This document shows positions 20,671 through 31,436 of a stretch of 64,000 bases of DNA, one piece after another. Each line of letters starts with the position of its first letter. The stretch's first letter is position 1. This stretch comes from Alphaproteobacteria bacterium (GTDB lineage: Bacteria > Pseudomonadota > Alphaproteobacteria > Bin95), in the NCBI GenBank assembly GCA_964291285.2, contig OZ219788.1:732973-796972 (forward strand), written 5' to 3'. The position numbers and the translations under genes were made by a program. The notes under the pieces are model-generated. The model was not told where the DNA came from. It ran no database searches and was given only the letters and a program-made list of their open reading frames with translations.

Positions 20671-21620
20671 TGCTGGTGCCCCTGGAGTTCGAACGCCCGG
20701 TCCTTGAGCTCGAAGCCAAGATCGACGAGTTGAACCAACTGACCGGAAACGACGACATCAATATCGCCGAGGAAATCGCGGAGCTGCGTTCCAAGGCCGA
20801 AAAACTCCTGGTCCAGACCTATTCGAAGCTGTCGCCCTGGCAGCGGGTGCAGGTGGCGCGCCATCCGGGGCGGCCGCGGCTGACGCATTTCGTGGAAGGG
20901 CTGATCGAGGGGTTCCTGCCGCTCTCGGGCGACCGGGCGTTTCGCGACGATGCGGCCGTCGTCGGCGGCATCGGACGGTTTCGCGGCCGGTCCGTCCTCG
21001 TGCTGGGACAGGAGAAGGGCGCCGACCTCGAATCCCGCCGCCGGCACAATTTCGGCATGGCGCATCCCGAAGGCTACCGCAAGGCGCAGCGCCTGATGCG
21101 GCTTGCCGACCGGTTCGATATCCCGGTGCTGACCTTCGTGGACACGCCCGGGGCCTATCCGGGCGTCGAGGCGGAGGAGCGCGGCCAGGCGGAAGCGATT
21201 GCGCGCTGCATCGAGATCGGCCTCGAATTGCGGGTTCCCTTCATCGCATCCGTCATCGGCGAGGGCGGCTCCGGCGGGGCGGTGGCGCTGGCCTCCGCGG
21301 ACCGCGTGCTGATGCTGGAGCATGCGATCTATTCGGTGATTTCCCCCGAAGGCTGCGCCTCGATCCTGTGGCGGAGCAGCGAACACGGGCCCGAGGCGGC
21401 CGAAGCGCTCAAGCTGACGGCGACGGACCTGCTCGGCCTCGGCGTCATCGACCGTGTGATCGGGGAGCCGTTGGGCGGCGCGCACCGCAATCCCGAAGCG
21501 GCGATATCTTCTCTCGGCGAGGCCATAGAAGAGGCGTTCCGGGACCTGGACGGCATAGACGGCAGCGCCCTCCGCCGCACCCGCCGCGAACGCTTCCTCG
21601 CGCTTGGTCGGGAGATGTAG
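20670..21620 (+). CDS. accA: Acetyl-CoA carboxylase carboxyltransferase alpha subunit
   Basis: ARHPGRP, NFGMAHPEGYRKA, DTPGAYPG, GEGGSGGA, YSVISPEGC motifs. Confidence 0.97.
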   Translation: MLVPLEFERPVLELEAKIDELNQLTGNDDINIAEEIAELRSKAEKLLVQTYSKLSPWQRVQVARHPGRPRLTHFVEGLIEGFLPLSGDRAFRDDAAVVGGIGRFRGRSVLVLGQEKGADLESRRRHNFGMAHPEGYRKAQRLMRLADRFDIPVLTFVDTPGAYPGVEAEERGQAEAIARCIEIGLELRVPFIASVIGEGGSGGAVALASADRVLMLEHAIYSVISPEGCASILWRSSEHGPEAAEALKLTATDLLGLGVIDRVIGEPLGGAHRNPEAAISSLGEAIEEAFRDLDGIDGSALRRTRRERFLALGREM

Positions 21621-21629
21621 GCCGGGGCG

Positions 21630-23795
21630 TCAGCCGGCAGCCTTGGCCTCGGCGCGGCGGCGGTGGAGCACCGGCTCCGTATAGCCGGAGGGCTGCTCGC
21701 GGCCCTGGAAGACGAGGTCGCACGCCGCCTTGAAGGCCGGGCCGTCGAAGGCCGGCGCCATCGGCCTGTAGGCCGGGTCGCCGGCGTTCTGCCGGTCCAC
21801 CACCGCCGCCATCTTGCGCATGGTGGCCTCCACCTCCTCCTCCGTGCAGACGCCGTGGCGCAGCCAGTTGGCCATGTGCTGGCTGGAAATGCGGCAGGTG
21901 GCGCGGTCCTCCATCAGGCCGATGTCGTTGATGTCCGGCACCTTCGAGCAGCCGATGCCCTGATCGACCCAGCGCACGACATAGCCGAGGATGCCCTGGG
22001 CGTTGTTCTCCAGTTCGGCGCGAATGTCCTCCGCCGACCAGTTGGGGCGCGGCGCCACCGGAACCGACAGGATAGCGCCGAGATCGGCCCTCGCGCGGCC
22101 CGCCACCGCCTCCTGGCGCTCCTCCACCCTCACGCGGTGGTAGTGCGTCGCGTGCAGGGTGGCGGCGGTGGGCGAGGGCACCCAGGCGGTGTCGGCGCCG
22201 GCCATCGGGTGGCCGACCTTCTGCTCCAGCATGTCCGCCATCAGGTCCGGCATCGCCCACATGCCCTTGCCGATCTGGGCCCGGCCGCGCAGGCCGCAGG
22301 CGATGCCGGTATCGACGTTCCAGTCCTCGTAGGCGCCGAGCCACGGCGCGGCTTTCATGTCCGCCTTGCGGATCATCGGGCCGGCTTCCATCGAGGTGTG
22401 GATCTCGTCGCCGGTGCGGTCGAGGAAGCCGGTGTTGATGAAGGCGACCCTGTGCCGCGCCGCGCGGATGCACTCCTTGAGGTTGACGGTGGTGCGCCGC
22501 TCCTCGTCCATGATGCCGATCTTGATGCGGTGGCGTTCCAGCCCCAGCAGGTCCTCGACGCGGGCAAACAGCGTGTCCGCGAACGCGACCTCTTCCGGCC
22601 CGTGCATCTTCGGCTTGACGATGTAGATGGAGCCGGCGCGGCTGTTGCCGTAAGCCCCGTTGCCCTTGAGGTCGTGCAGGCCGATCAGGCAGGTGAAGAC
22701 GGCGTCGAGGATGCCTTCCGGCGCTTCACGGCCTTCGCCGTCCAGCACCGCCGGGTTGGTCATCAGGTGGCCGACATTGCGGCAGAGCATGAGCGAGCGG
22801 CCGGGCAGCACGACCTCGCCGCCGTCGGGGCCGGTATAGCGGCGGTCGGGGTTGAGGCGGCGCTCGACCGACCCGCCTTCCTTGTCGAAGCTGGCTGAAA
22901 GGTCGCCCTTGATGAGGCCGAGCCAGTTCCGGTAGGCGAGCACCTTGTCCTCGGCGTCGACGGCGGCGATGGAATCCTCGCAGTCCACGATGGTGGTGAC
23001 GGCCGATTCCAGCAGCATGTCGGAGACGCCGGCCCCGTCGTCGCGCCCGACCGGGTGGCTGCGGTCGATGACGATCTCGATATGCAGGCCGTTATGGCGG
23101 AGCAGCACGGCTTCGGGCGCGGCCGGCTCGCCCCGGTAGCCCGCGAACAGGCCCGGCTCCGCCAGCGGCGACCCGCCGCCCGGCAGGTCCGCGACGAGCA
23201 CGCCGTCCCTCACGCGGTAGGCCAGTGCGTCGGCGTGCGAGCCGGCGGCGAGCGGCGCGGCTTCGTCGAGGAAGGCGCGCGTCCAGGCGATGACCTTGGC
23301 GCCGCGCGCCGGGTTGTAGCCGCCGGCCCGGGTCGCGCCGTCCTCCTCCGGGATGGCGTCGGTGCCGTAGAGCGCGTCGTAGAGGCTGCCCCAGCGCGCG
23401 TTCGCCGCATTGAGCGCGTAGCGGGCGTTGGTGACCGGCACGACGAGCTGCGGGCCTGCGGTGCGGGCGATCTCCTCGTCGATATGCGAGGTCTCGATGC
23501 TGAAGTCCGGCCCCTCCGGCGCGAGGTAGCCGATCTCGGCGAGGAAGGCCCGGTAGGCCTGCCCGTCCATCGGTTCGCCGCGCCGGGCCTTGTGCCAGGC
23601 GTCGATCTCGGCCTGGAGCGCCGCGCGCCGGGCGAGCAGGTCGCGGTTGACGGGCGCAAGCTCGTGCAGCAGCGCGTCGAAGCCCCGCCAGAAGGCGCCG
23701 CTCTCCATGCCGAGGCCGGGCAGGACCTCGTTCTCGACAAAGGCGTGCAGTTGGGCGGCGACCTGGCTTTGTCCGGCTCGCACTCGTTCGACCAT
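21630..23795 (-). CDS. glcB: Malate synthase G
   Basis: [51 protein letters not shown] motifs; start MVERVRAG. Confidence 0.97.
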   Translation of the reverse strand: MVERVRAGQSQVAAQLHAFVENEVLPGLGMESGAFWRGFDALLHELAPVNRDLLARRAALQAEIDAWHKARRGEPMDGQAYRAFLAEIGYLAPEGPDFSIETSHIDEEIARTAGPQLVVPVTNARYALNAANARWGSLYDALYGTDAIPEEDGATRAGGYNPARGAKVIAWTRAFLDEAAPLAAGSHADALAYRVRDGVLVADLPGGGSPLAEPGLFAGYRGEPAAPEAVLLRHNGLHIEIVIDRSHPVGRDDGAGVSDMLLESAVTTIVDCEDSIAAVDAEDKVLAYRNWLGLIKGDLSASFDKEGGSVERRLNPDRRYTGPDGGEVVLPGRSLMLCRNVGHLMTNPAVLDGEGREAPEGILDAVFTCLIGLHDLKGNGAYGNSRAGSIYIVKPKMHGPEEVAFADTLFARVEDLLGLERHRIKIGIMDEERRTTVNLKECIRAARHRVAFINTGFLDRTGDEIHTSMEAGPMIRKADMKAAPWLGAYEDWNVDTGIACGLRGRAQIGKGMWAMPDLMADMLEQKVGHPMAGADTAWVPSPTAATLHATHYHRVRVEERQEAVAGRARADLGAILSVPVAPRPNWSAEDIRAELENNAQGILGYVVRWVDQGIGCSKVPDINDIGLMEDRATCRISSQHMANWLRHGVCTEEEVEATMRKMAAVVDRQNAGDPAYRPMAPAFDGPAFKAACDLVFQGREQPSGYTEPVLHRRRAEAKAAG

Positions 23796-23833
23796 GGGAT
23801 TCAAGGCTCCGGGTGAAGGGTTGGCGGGGTCTA

Positions 23834-25363
23834 TCAAGACTGCCCGCCTGCGGCAATCGCATTGGCGCGGCGGGAAGCGAACAGGAAAGCGAGCGGCGCG
23901 GCGACGACCGGCGCCAGCGTCAGCAGGTGGAAGGTGTTGAGATAGCCGATCATGCTGGACTGGAGAAACAGCGCATGGTCCAGCCGCCCGAGATCGGCGC
24001 TGCCGCCCGCATCCGCGAACGGCGCAAGCCAGGGGGCTCCGAGGCCGAAGTCGAACACGCTGACGATGCTTGTCAGCGCCACCCGCGCCTCCGCGGCCGT
24101 GTGCGCGAAGAGCAGCAGGGTGAGCGAGATGAAGATGCTGCTGCCCAGCATCCTGAGCAGGCTGAAGACGGCATTGCCCTGTGTGAGATAGGCCGGCGGC
24201 AGGGTGGAGAAGGTCAGGATCGCCAGCGGCGTGTAGGAGAGGCCGAAGCCGAACCCGTGCATCAGGTTGGACCAGAACACGTCCTCGCTTCGGAGGTTGA
24301 TGTCGAGCGACCCCATCCACACGCCCGCGCCCGCCTGTATGGCCAGGCCGGTCGCCAGGCAGAGGCGCGGGGCATGGCGGGTGAATTGCGCCACGATGAG
24401 GAAACTCAGCAGGTTGCCCACCCCGCGCGTGGCGATCAGGTAGCCGACGACCGCCTCCGGATAGCCGCGCAACTCCTGCAACAGCGGCGGGAACAGGATC
24501 ATGGGCGTGAACTGGAGCATCCCCATGACCAGGGCGAAGAAGAGGCCGAGGACGAAATTGCGGTCGGTGAAGGCGGCCGGCGCGAACAGCGGCGCGCGCG
24601 CCAGCCAGCTATGGACCAGGAACAGGTAGAAGCCCGCCGCCGCCAGCGCGGCCATGACCGCGATCTCCAGCGAATCGAACCAGTCGTTGCGCTGGCCGCG
24701 GTCGAAGAAGAGTTGCGTGGCGCCGATGGCGACGGCGAGCATGACGAAGCCGGCGGCGTCGAAACGCCGCGCCGTGCCGCGCTCCCTGTGGCCGATCGCC
24801 AGCAGGATCGGGATGCAGGCGGCAAGCCCCAGCGGCAGGATCAGGAAGAAGGCCCAGCGCCAGTCCAGCAACTCGCCGACGATGCCGCCGAAGGTCGGTC
24901 CCAGTATGGGGCCGAACACGCCGCCCACGCCCCACATCATCACGACGAAGGGCTGCTGCTCGCGGTTGAAGCTGCCGAGCAGGATCGCCTGGCCGAGCGG
25001 GAAGATCGGCGCCCCGAACGCGCCCTGGACGACGCGGACGGCGATCAGCGTCTCCAGCGAATCGGCGAAGCCGCACAGCACGGACGCGCCGGTGAAGCCG
25101 AGCACGGAGGCGAGCAGCAGGTTGCGCTGGCCCATCTTTCCCGCGAGCCACCCGGTCAGCGGCGTGGCGACGGCGGTGGCGACGAGATTGAGGGTGAGCA
25201 CCCAGGAGATCTGGTCCTGCGTCGCCGAGAGCGCGCCCTTCATCTGCGGCAGGATGACGGTGACGCTGGTGAGCGTGACTCCGAAGAGCAGGGTGACGGA
25301 CTGCACCGTCACGACGATCAGCCATTGCCGACCGGTGATCCGCGAGGGGTCGGCGGCGTTCAC
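23834..25363 (-). CDS. DHA2 (EmrB/QacA) family MFS transporter
   Basis: [41 protein letters not shown] motifs; GTG start overlaps upstream stop. Confidence 0.9.
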   Translation of the reverse strand: MNAADPSRITGRQWLIVVTVQSVTLLFGVTLTSVTVILPQMKGALSATQDQISWVLTLNLVATAVATPLTGWLAGKMGQRNLLLASVLGFTGASVLCGFADSLETLIAVRVVQGAFGAPIFPLGQAILLGSFNREQQPFVVMMWGVGGVFGPILGPTFGGIVGELLDWRWAFFLILPLGLAACIPILLAIGHRERGTARRFDAAGFVMLAVAIGATQLFFDRGQRNDWFDSLEIAVMAALAAAGFYLFLVHSWLARAPLFAPAAFTDRNFVLGLFFALVMGMLQFTPMILFPPLLQELRGYPEAVVGYLIATRGVGNLLSFLIVAQFTRHAPRLCLATGLAIQAGAGVWMGSLDINLRSEDVFWSNLMHGFGFGLSYTPLAILTFSTLPPAYLTQGNAVFSLLRMLGSSIFISLTLLLFAHTAAEARVALTSIVSVFDFGLGAPWLAPFADAGGSADLGRLDHALFLQSSMIGYLNTFHLLTLAPVVAAPLAFLFASRRANAIAAGGQS

Positions 25364-26562
25364 AAACGGTGGCTTTCCCGCGCGAAGCCCGCGAATGCGA
25401 ACGCCGCGGCGACAAGCAGGCCGGAGGCGAGGTAGAGCGCCATGCGGTCGCCGCCGGCATCCACCACAAGGCCGAGCAGGACGGGGCCCAGCACATAGCC
25501 CGCATCGCCCAGCATGCGGTAGCTGCTCATGGCGGCGGCGTTCATGCCGGGAGGCGCGTTGTCCGCCGCATAGGCTGCCGGAGCCGCCCCGCCGACCGAA
25601 GTGGCGACGCTCCATAGCGCGCAGGCCGAGGCGAACCAGAAATAGGAAGGCGCGACAGCGAACAGCAGCATCGCGCCGCCGGAAATCGCGGTCGCGGGCA
25701 CGATCACATTCTTGCGCCCGAACCTGTCCGCGACCATGCCCGCAGGCCAGGCGGCGAGCAGGCCGAGAACGCTTCCGAGCGCGATGCCGAACCCGATCTC
25801 GACAGTGCCGAGACCGAGGCTGGAAGCGCCCAGGAGCGGCACGATGGTGAACAGCCCGCCGGTCCGCGAAAAGGCGTTGATGAAGCCGACCCAGCTCACG
25901 AGCAGAAAGGCGCGGTTCGAGAAGACAAGCCGCAACTGCCGCAGGAAGTCCGGAGCCGGGCCTCGGCCGCCGGGCTGCCCGTTGCCTGCCATGTCGCGGG
26001 TCTCGCCGACCGCGAACCAGGCGATGGCGCCGGCCAGGAGGCTGGCGAGCCCGCAGGCGACGAAGGGCGCTTCCAGGCCCCAGTTCTCCGCGAGCCATCC
26101 CCCGGGGAACGGCCCGATGCCGACGGCGAAGATGAATGTGCCCTGATAGATGCCGATGGCGCGCCCGCGCCATTCGGGCCGGGTGATGTCGGCGAGCACG
26201 ACATGGCCGGTCGTTATGACCGCGCCCGCGCCCGCGCCTGCAATGAAGCGCGCCGCCACGAATTCCGGGAAGTCGGCCGCCCAGGCGCACCAGAGGTTGC
26301 CGGTCGTCGAAAGCAGGCCGCCGAGCGCAAGCGCCGTGCGGCGCCCGAGCATGTCGGACAGCCGTCCGATGGGCATGGCGATGAGGAAGCGCGCAAGCCC
26401 GTATATGGCGACGGCCATGCCGACCGCCGACGCGGTGACGCCGAAAGCCTGCGCGTAGAGCGGCAGCACCGGCACGATCGCCCCGAAGCCGAGTTGGTTG
26501 ACGCCGATCAGCACGCACATCCAGATCAGGACGCGCCGCTCGGCTGGTGAAGGTCGCGACAT
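25360..26562 (-). CDS. MFS transporter (DHA1-like)
   Basis: GRLSDMLGRR and ADRFGRK motif A in both halves. Confidence 0.9.
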   Translation of the reverse strand: MSRPSPAERRVLIWMCVLIGVNQLGFGAIVPVLPLYAQAFGVTASAVGMAVAIYGLARFLIAMPIGRLSDMLGRRTALALGGLLSTTGNLWCAWAADFPEFVAARFIAGAGAGAVITTGHVVLADITRPEWRGRAIGIYQGTFIFAVGIGPFPGGWLAENWGLEAPFVACGLASLLAGAIAWFAVGETRDMAGNGQPGGRGPAPDFLRQLRLVFSNRAFLLVSWVGFINAFSRTGGLFTIVPLLGASSLGLGTVEIGFGIALGSVLGLLAAWPAGMVADRFGRKNVIVPATAISGGAMLLFAVAPSYFWFASACALWSVATSVGGAAPAAYAADNAPPGMNAAAMSSYRMLGDAGYVLGPVLLGLVVDAGGDRMALYLASGLLVAAAFAFAGFARESHRL

Positions 26563-26632
26563 GGATGGCGATTGTAGTCCGTGTTCCCGAAGTGCGTATC
26601 GGTTCGATCCGGGCCGGTGATACTCGCTCCCC

Positions 26633-26759
26633 TCATTCCGAGTAGCGGCGCCAGCCGCGTATCGAGGGACGGCGGCCAGCGGTTCGGAGCGGTCCCCTTC
26701 GACAAGCTGAGGGCAGGCTTTCGATACGCGCCCGCTGGCGCGGTCGCTACTCAGGATGA
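26633..26759. repeat. REP/MITE-like palindromic element
   Basis: Outer arms TCATTCCGAGTAGCG / CGCTACTCAGGATGA, inner arms CGCGTATCGA / TCGATACGCG, core CCCTTCGACAAGCTGAGGG. Confidence 0.7.
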
Positions 26760-26973
26760 AGGGGCCGCTTGCGCGCCAGCGGAAGCGGCGCGCTTCGCTT
26801 CCGGCACGGTGGCGGCGGAATTGCGTGTCCCGCGCGGCCTATGCTTCAAAAGATAGCCGATGCTAATTTATGGCAAATTTCGACCTATCACATTGTTCCA
26901 AAAGTATAATTTGCATTCGTTAATTTGCCATTTTTCTTCTTTGGATACCTGACACAATCCTCTCCGGCAGCTT

Positions 26974-27912
26974 CTACCGCGTCCATGTGATACGAGTCTG
27001 CTCGTCAAGCCAGCGCCCGACTGCTCTCATTGGGTCGTCTTCTTTCGGATGCTCGAACGCCTCCGGTGGAGGACGGGTGCCGTGCGATGGGTGCGGTGGC
27101 GGCTTTCCAAGCGCACGAAACCCGTCACAGACTACCCCGATGTCTCCATCCGCGTTGAGAAAGTGGTCACATCCCGTGCAGTCGTCGATCACGTTGGCGT
27201 AATGATTTCCCCGCCAGACCCTCGCCGGGATCGGGCATCCGTCCACATGCCATGCGAAGCCCCGATGCACCGAAAAAAGAAGTAATCCTTCGGATAACTT
27301 TCTCCTGCGCCTTTCCTCGGCGCGCACATTGTACAGCCAGCGCTTCTGCCTGGTTCCATCGACAACGATCTTCTCAAGCTCTGCACGGCTCAACCCGCGG
27401 TCTGTCTTTGACAGGTCGATCTCGACGCATGACACGCCGAGGCCTCTGATTTTTCTCAGTTTCTCCTTGTCTGGGCCGTGTGTCACGGTTACTTCGACGA
27501 GTAGATTGCGCCCAGCGATCTGGACAATCACGTCCGGGATGATCGATCCGAGTCTCCGCTCTACGGCCACGGACTCGATGAGATAGCGCCGCTCCGGTGC
27601 GATCTCAATGTGCGGAAATCCGTAGCTGGGCAGGAGTTCGACCGCTGGCAGCACAATTTCCTTCCGCGCCACGAGGATGTCCTTTGCCGCGAGGTGTAAT
27701 GCCGTTTCAACTGCATGCTTGCACTCGTTCCCGCCGGCGTGCGCGAAGTGGTGCTCTACGACCTTCCCCTGCCTTGCGATCAGCGGCCCGCCGCATGTCG
27801 GACAGGTGCATGCGCATTTGAGTCCGTTCTCGGCTTCCGAGATATGCGTTGTTTCTCCGTCCGCCCCGACCGCCCAAGTCAGTCTGGCGCCGTTCGGTTT
27901 GCCTCTGGGCAT
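26974..27912 (-). CDS. CoiA-like putative nuclease (Zn-ribbon plus PD-(D/E)xK-like domain)
   Basis: CxCPxCGxxL...HHFAH...C, ETALHLAAK, PDV...LLVEVTVTH, CVEIDLS. Confidence 0.8.
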   Translation of the reverse strand: MPRGKPNGARLTWAVGADGETTHISEAENGLKCACTCPTCGGPLIARQGKVVEHHFAHAGGNECKHAVETALHLAAKDILVARKEIVLPAVELLPSYGFPHIEIAPERRYLIESVAVERRLGSIIPDVIVQIAGRNLLVEVTVTHGPDKEKLRKIRGLGVSCVEIDLSKTDRGLSRAELEKIVVDGTRQKRWLYNVRAEERRRRKLSEGLLLFSVHRGFAWHVDGCPIPARVWRGNHYANVIDDCTGCDHFLNADGDIGVVCDGFRALGKPPPHPSHGTRPPPEAFEHPKEDDPMRAVGRWLDEQTRITWTR

Positions 27913-27992
27913 CGGCGTGGTCTTTCCTTTGCCCTCTTTGCACGCACACTTGGGGTTCGCTGTTGATCCAGAGCAGGGTCGAACGATGTTGC

Positions 27993-29393
27993 CTAGTCGG
28001 CCGCCTCCAGACCCGTTTCGTGCCCTGCTTTTTCTAGGGCTTCAGCTTCGGCGCCGTGAGTTGCGGTTCCAAGGCCCTCCGTTCCCCGCGAGACGGGCTG
28101 CGGCGGAGGAGGATGCCACGCCTTCAGCGTTGCTCCGACAAGCTTGTAGAACTTCGGGACGATGCGCTCCAAGTCCTCGATGAAGGCTTTTGGACCGGAG
28201 AATCGCTTCCCGGGAGGCTCTTCGGTCAGCAAGACCTCGAAGGAATGCGGAAGCAGGGACGGGTTGGGGGACTGCAGCCGTCCCGGTGCCTCCCGCAGCG
28301 CGGCGACGCTTTCCGAAGTCGGCGGGGCGCGCCCCGGCCAATACGCCTGGATGCGCAGAAGGGAATCTTCCTCCTTGACCTTGAGCATTCCGAGCAGCCA
28401 GCGGACCCGGGCCTGGGTCGATTTGCGGTCCGTACGCGCCTTCAGGGCCATTGAGACGGTGATCGTCCGCCGGGCGAGGTCCGCCCGGACCGTGATGTCC
28501 GAGGCGCAGTCCGGGACACGCAGGACCGATGTGAGCGACTGGGTTTTGATCAACTCGGCGATGCCGGCCTCGAGACGCAATTTCTGATCCGCAGCATGCT
28601 TCCGTTCAATGTGGACGGAGACGGTCCGGTTGAGACCGGACGTCATGTGGAGGCAAAGGTCGCGCTCTTCGGCGAACCAGCTTGCGACCACATCCTCGAC
28701 GCCGGGCGTGTTTCTTGCCAACGGCACCCCGGACGAGGCGTGCTGAACGATATTCCGCCACTCGGGTCCCATCTGCGTGAACCGCTCGACCCCGGTGCTC
28801 GGATGGTCGAGATAGCCGCTCAACTGCTTGACAAGGAAGTCCTGCTCCGGGCTTTCCTGAACGCCTTGGTAGGCCAAGACCTCGCAGCATGTGCCCAGGT
28901 AAGCCCATGACCAGTGGTATAGGCTTACCTTGCCGGTCAGTTGCTTCAGCCGCGGGATGGACCCGGAAACCGGCGAATAAACAGGCCGCGCGACGAAGTC
29001 GTTCGATATGGTGATGACCGCATCGATTTTGTTGTCACGGGCGAGCTTCAGATACCGCTCGACTTGCTCTGGATCGAGAGCCGTCCGGCCGACCTTGGCT
29101 TCGATCAGGGCGCACCACCTGGAACGCCCGGTCTCGACGACCAGAAGGCCGTCGGGCCGGTCGGATTTTTCCGTGTCGGTCGCTAGGCCGACTTCCGTGT
29201 AGGCCGAGACCCGCGTTCGGATTCCTGTCCTGATACCGATGCCGGCGAGCAATTCACGGTGGAGTTCGGGGACCTGTTGCAGGACCGCAAGCAGAATGGA
29301 CAGGGTTCTCTCTTCCCGCCTGACATCGGCGACGACCGGAAAGAGTCTTGCGGGAGTGCCGCTGGACAGAAAGTCCGGGAGGTGGCTGCTCAT
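27993..29393 (-). CDS. Hypothetical 'stress response' family protein with PD-(D/E)xK nuclease-like motif
   Basis: ARLFPV, RPDGLLVV...LIEAKVG, QVERY, ITISNDF; start MSSHLP after RBS GAGG. Confidence 0.75.
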   Translation of the reverse strand: MSSHLPDFLSSGTPARLFPVVADVRREERTLSILLAVLQQVPELHRELLAGIGIRTGIRTRVSAYTEVGLATDTEKSDRPDGLLVVETGRSRWCALIEAKVGRTALDPEQVERYLKLARDNKIDAVITISNDFVARPVYSPVSGSIPRLKQLTGKVSLYHWSWAYLGTCCEVLAYQGVQESPEQDFLVKQLSGYLDHPSTGVERFTQMGPEWRNIVQHASSGVPLARNTPGVEDVVASWFAEERDLCLHMTSGLNRTVSVHIERKHAADQKLRLEAGIAELIKTQSLTSVLRVPDCASDITVRADLARRTITVSMALKARTDRKSTQARVRWLLGMLKVKEEDSLLRIQAYWPGRAPPTSESVAALREAPGRLQSPNPSLLPHSFEVLLTEEPPGKRFSGPKAFIEDLERIVPKFYKLVGATLKAWHPPPPQPVSRGTEGLGTATHGAEAEALEKAGHETGLEAAD

Positions 29394-29595
29394 GGACCTC
29401 ATTTCCAATGCGGGGATAGGCAGAATGCTGGCAGCATATTCTCGTATATCGAATACTGGCAAGCTGCTGTTGTCGTGGCCATGAGTCAGCCTGCGCAGAC
29501 GTTCGAACAGGCTCGGACCGTCTGCGTTCGCCGGGAGAGCCGGGGCCTCGTGACGCCGGGGCACGGCCCTTCGACGCCGCCGCAAGCCGCACAAG

Positions 29596-29632
29596 GTCCC
29601 GGATCGGCGCTGGCGCGCCGTCCGGGATGACG
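29596..29632. repeat. REP-like palindrome
   Basis: GTCCCGGATCGGCGC-TG-GCGCGCCGTCCGGGATGACG hairpin. Confidence 0.65.
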
Positions 29633-29645
29633 AGGGAGGGGGCGC

Positions 29646-30086
29646 TCAGGCGGTTTGCGCCGGCTGGCGGAGGAGGGTGCGGGCGTGGTTGTTCCTGCCA
29701 GCGAGGCCGCAGCGCCTCAGGAAGCGCTGCAACGCCCCCGCGCTGAAATGGATGCCCTCGGCCGCCAGCGCGTCCCGCAACCCGTAGCTGGAAAGCCCCG
29801 GCTGCGTCGCCAGGATACGAAAGACGATGTCCCGGCGCCGCTCGATTCGCGACTCGCTGCCGCCCTGCCTGCCGGGCCGTAGATGGCCGACCTCCCGGAA
29901 CTGCTTCAGCCACCGCTGGACGCTTCTCTCCCCCACCCCGAAAGTCCGCGCCGCGGCCGCTATGGTCGCGCCGCCGCGCAGCACGGCCGCCACCGCCAGG
30001 CCGCGGACCTCCAGGCTCGCGGCCCGGCCCTGTTTCGGCGCCGGCAGCGCGTCTTCCGGCAGCGGGCCGTTCGGTTCGTTTACCAT
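29646..30086 (-). CDS. IS630-type N-terminal HTH protein with no catalytic DDE domain
   Basis: SLEVR...AAARTFGVGERSVQRW...G.LRPGRQGG...LRDAL...ALQRFLRRCGL; RBS GAAGGAG; no second ORF follows. Confidence 0.7.
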   Translation of the reverse strand: MVNEPNGPLPEDALPAPKQGRAASLEVRGLAVAAVLRGGATIAAAARTFGVGERSVQRWLKQFREVGHLRPGRQGGSESRIERRRDIVFRILATQPGLSSYGLRDALAAEGIHFSAGALQRFLRRCGLAGRNNHARTLLRQPAQTA

Positions 30087-30363
30087 CGGTCGTTCTCCTT
30101 CGGTCTCATTGCAACCCGCCAGCCCCCTCTCCGGGCCGTGGGCCGACAGGTTCAGTGTCGCAACGCCCGACAGGTTGGGCGCTGCAAGGCCCTCGTCCGG
30201 GGTCCGCGCAGGCGCACCCCACCGGTTTGCCGGCATGACCCTCGGCCGGCGGCCCGGCGGGTGGTGCGGACGCGCTGCACACCGGAGCGGCGACCCCGTC
30301 TGCCGCTCCCTGAGGCCCCGAACGGCCCCGGCATAAGCGCCCGCCTCATTTCGGACTGAGTGG

Positions 30364-30396
30364 GAACAAATATAGAATAAATACGGCGGATGTCAA
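30364..30396 (-). promoter_or_regulatory. Candidate sigma70 promoter with overlapping alphaproteobacterial LexA-like box
   Basis: Minus strand TTGACA-16nt-TATATT; GAAC-N7-GAAT at 30364-30378 versus consensus GAAC-N7-GAAC. Confidence 0.55.
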
Positions 30397-30475
30397 CCGT
30401 CGTGTGGAATTATTTCCAGGGTCTGCTTTATACCGGCGCCGCCGCCGCACGCGGGGGCAGGCGCGGCTTATGCCT

Positions 30476-31429
30476 TCAAAGCAGTCCGGCGGCTTCCGCC
30501 CGCAGCGTCACGATGGCCCTCATGGCGTCGATCAGCGGCGTCGGCACGCCCTCCGCCGCGCCGATTTCGCCGACGCAGGTGAGCAACGCCGCAATCTCGG
30601 GCGGCTTGGCGTTTTCGAAGTCCTGGAGCATGGAGGTCTTGAAGGCGCCGAGGCTGCGGCCCAGCTCGACCCGCGCCTCGAGCGAAATGACCGGTTCGAT
30701 GCCGAGGGCGCGGCCGACGGCCGTCGTCTCCGCCATCAGCGCCATGGCGGCGTCCAGCGCGCCGTCGGGCGAGAGAATCCGGTCGAGCGTAGCTCCCGTG
30801 ACCGCGCTGATCGGATTGCCCGAGAGATTGCCGAGCAGCTTGCTCCAGACCTCCGCGCGGATGTCGTCGGAGCGCTGCACCTGGAAACCGCCTGCCTCGA
30901 ACGCGGCGGCGAGCGCAGACAGGTCCATCGCGCCGGGACTGCCGAGGATCACGCGGTCTCCGGGGCCGGCATCGATACGGCCGGGCTCCGGCACGGTCGC
31001 CCAGAGATGCAGCACGGCGCCGACCGCCTGGTGCGAAGGAAGCGCGGCCTCGATCCGGCCCTCCGGGTCCAGGCAGGCGATCCGCCGGCCGCCGAGGCCG
31101 TGAAAGAACCACCAGGACAGGCCGTTCATGGCGGTGACGATGGCCGTTTCGGGGCCGATCATCGGCGTCAGCGACGGTGCCAGCCTTGCAAGCGCCGGTT
31201 CCTTCACGGCGATAATCACCGCATCCTGGACGCCGAGCGCAGCGGGATTGTCATCGACGGCGATCCGGGCCTCGTGCCGCTCGCCCTTGAAGTCGAGGAT
31301 CACGCCGCGCGACCGGACCGCCTCCAGGGTTGCGCCGCGCGCGAGCCCGGATACCTCCGCGCCGCCGCGCGCAAGCAGGGCGGCGATCATGCCGCCCATG
31401 GCGCCAAGTCCGGCAACGGCGATTTTCAT
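30476..31429 (-). CDS. Ketopantoate reductase family protein (PanE/ApbA)
   Basis: GLGAMGG, IAVK, MNG, WSKLLGN, KTSMLQD..E motifs. Confidence 0.9.
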   Translation of the reverse strand: MKIAVAGLGAMGGMIAALLARGGAEVSGLARGATLEAVRSRGVILDFKGERHEARIAVDDNPAALGVQDAVIIAVKEPALARLAPSLTPMIGPETAIVTAMNGLSWWFFHGLGGRRIACLDPEGRIEAALPSHQAVGAVLHLWATVPEPGRIDAGPGDRVILGSPGAMDLSALAAAFEAGGFQVQRSDDIRAEVWSKLLGNLSGNPISAVTGATLDRILSPDGALDAAMALMAETTAVGRALGIEPVISLEARVELGRSLGAFKTSMLQDFENAKPPEIAALLTCVGEIGAAEGVPTPLIDAMRAIVTLRAEAAGLL

Positions 31430-31436
31430 GGGTGCG

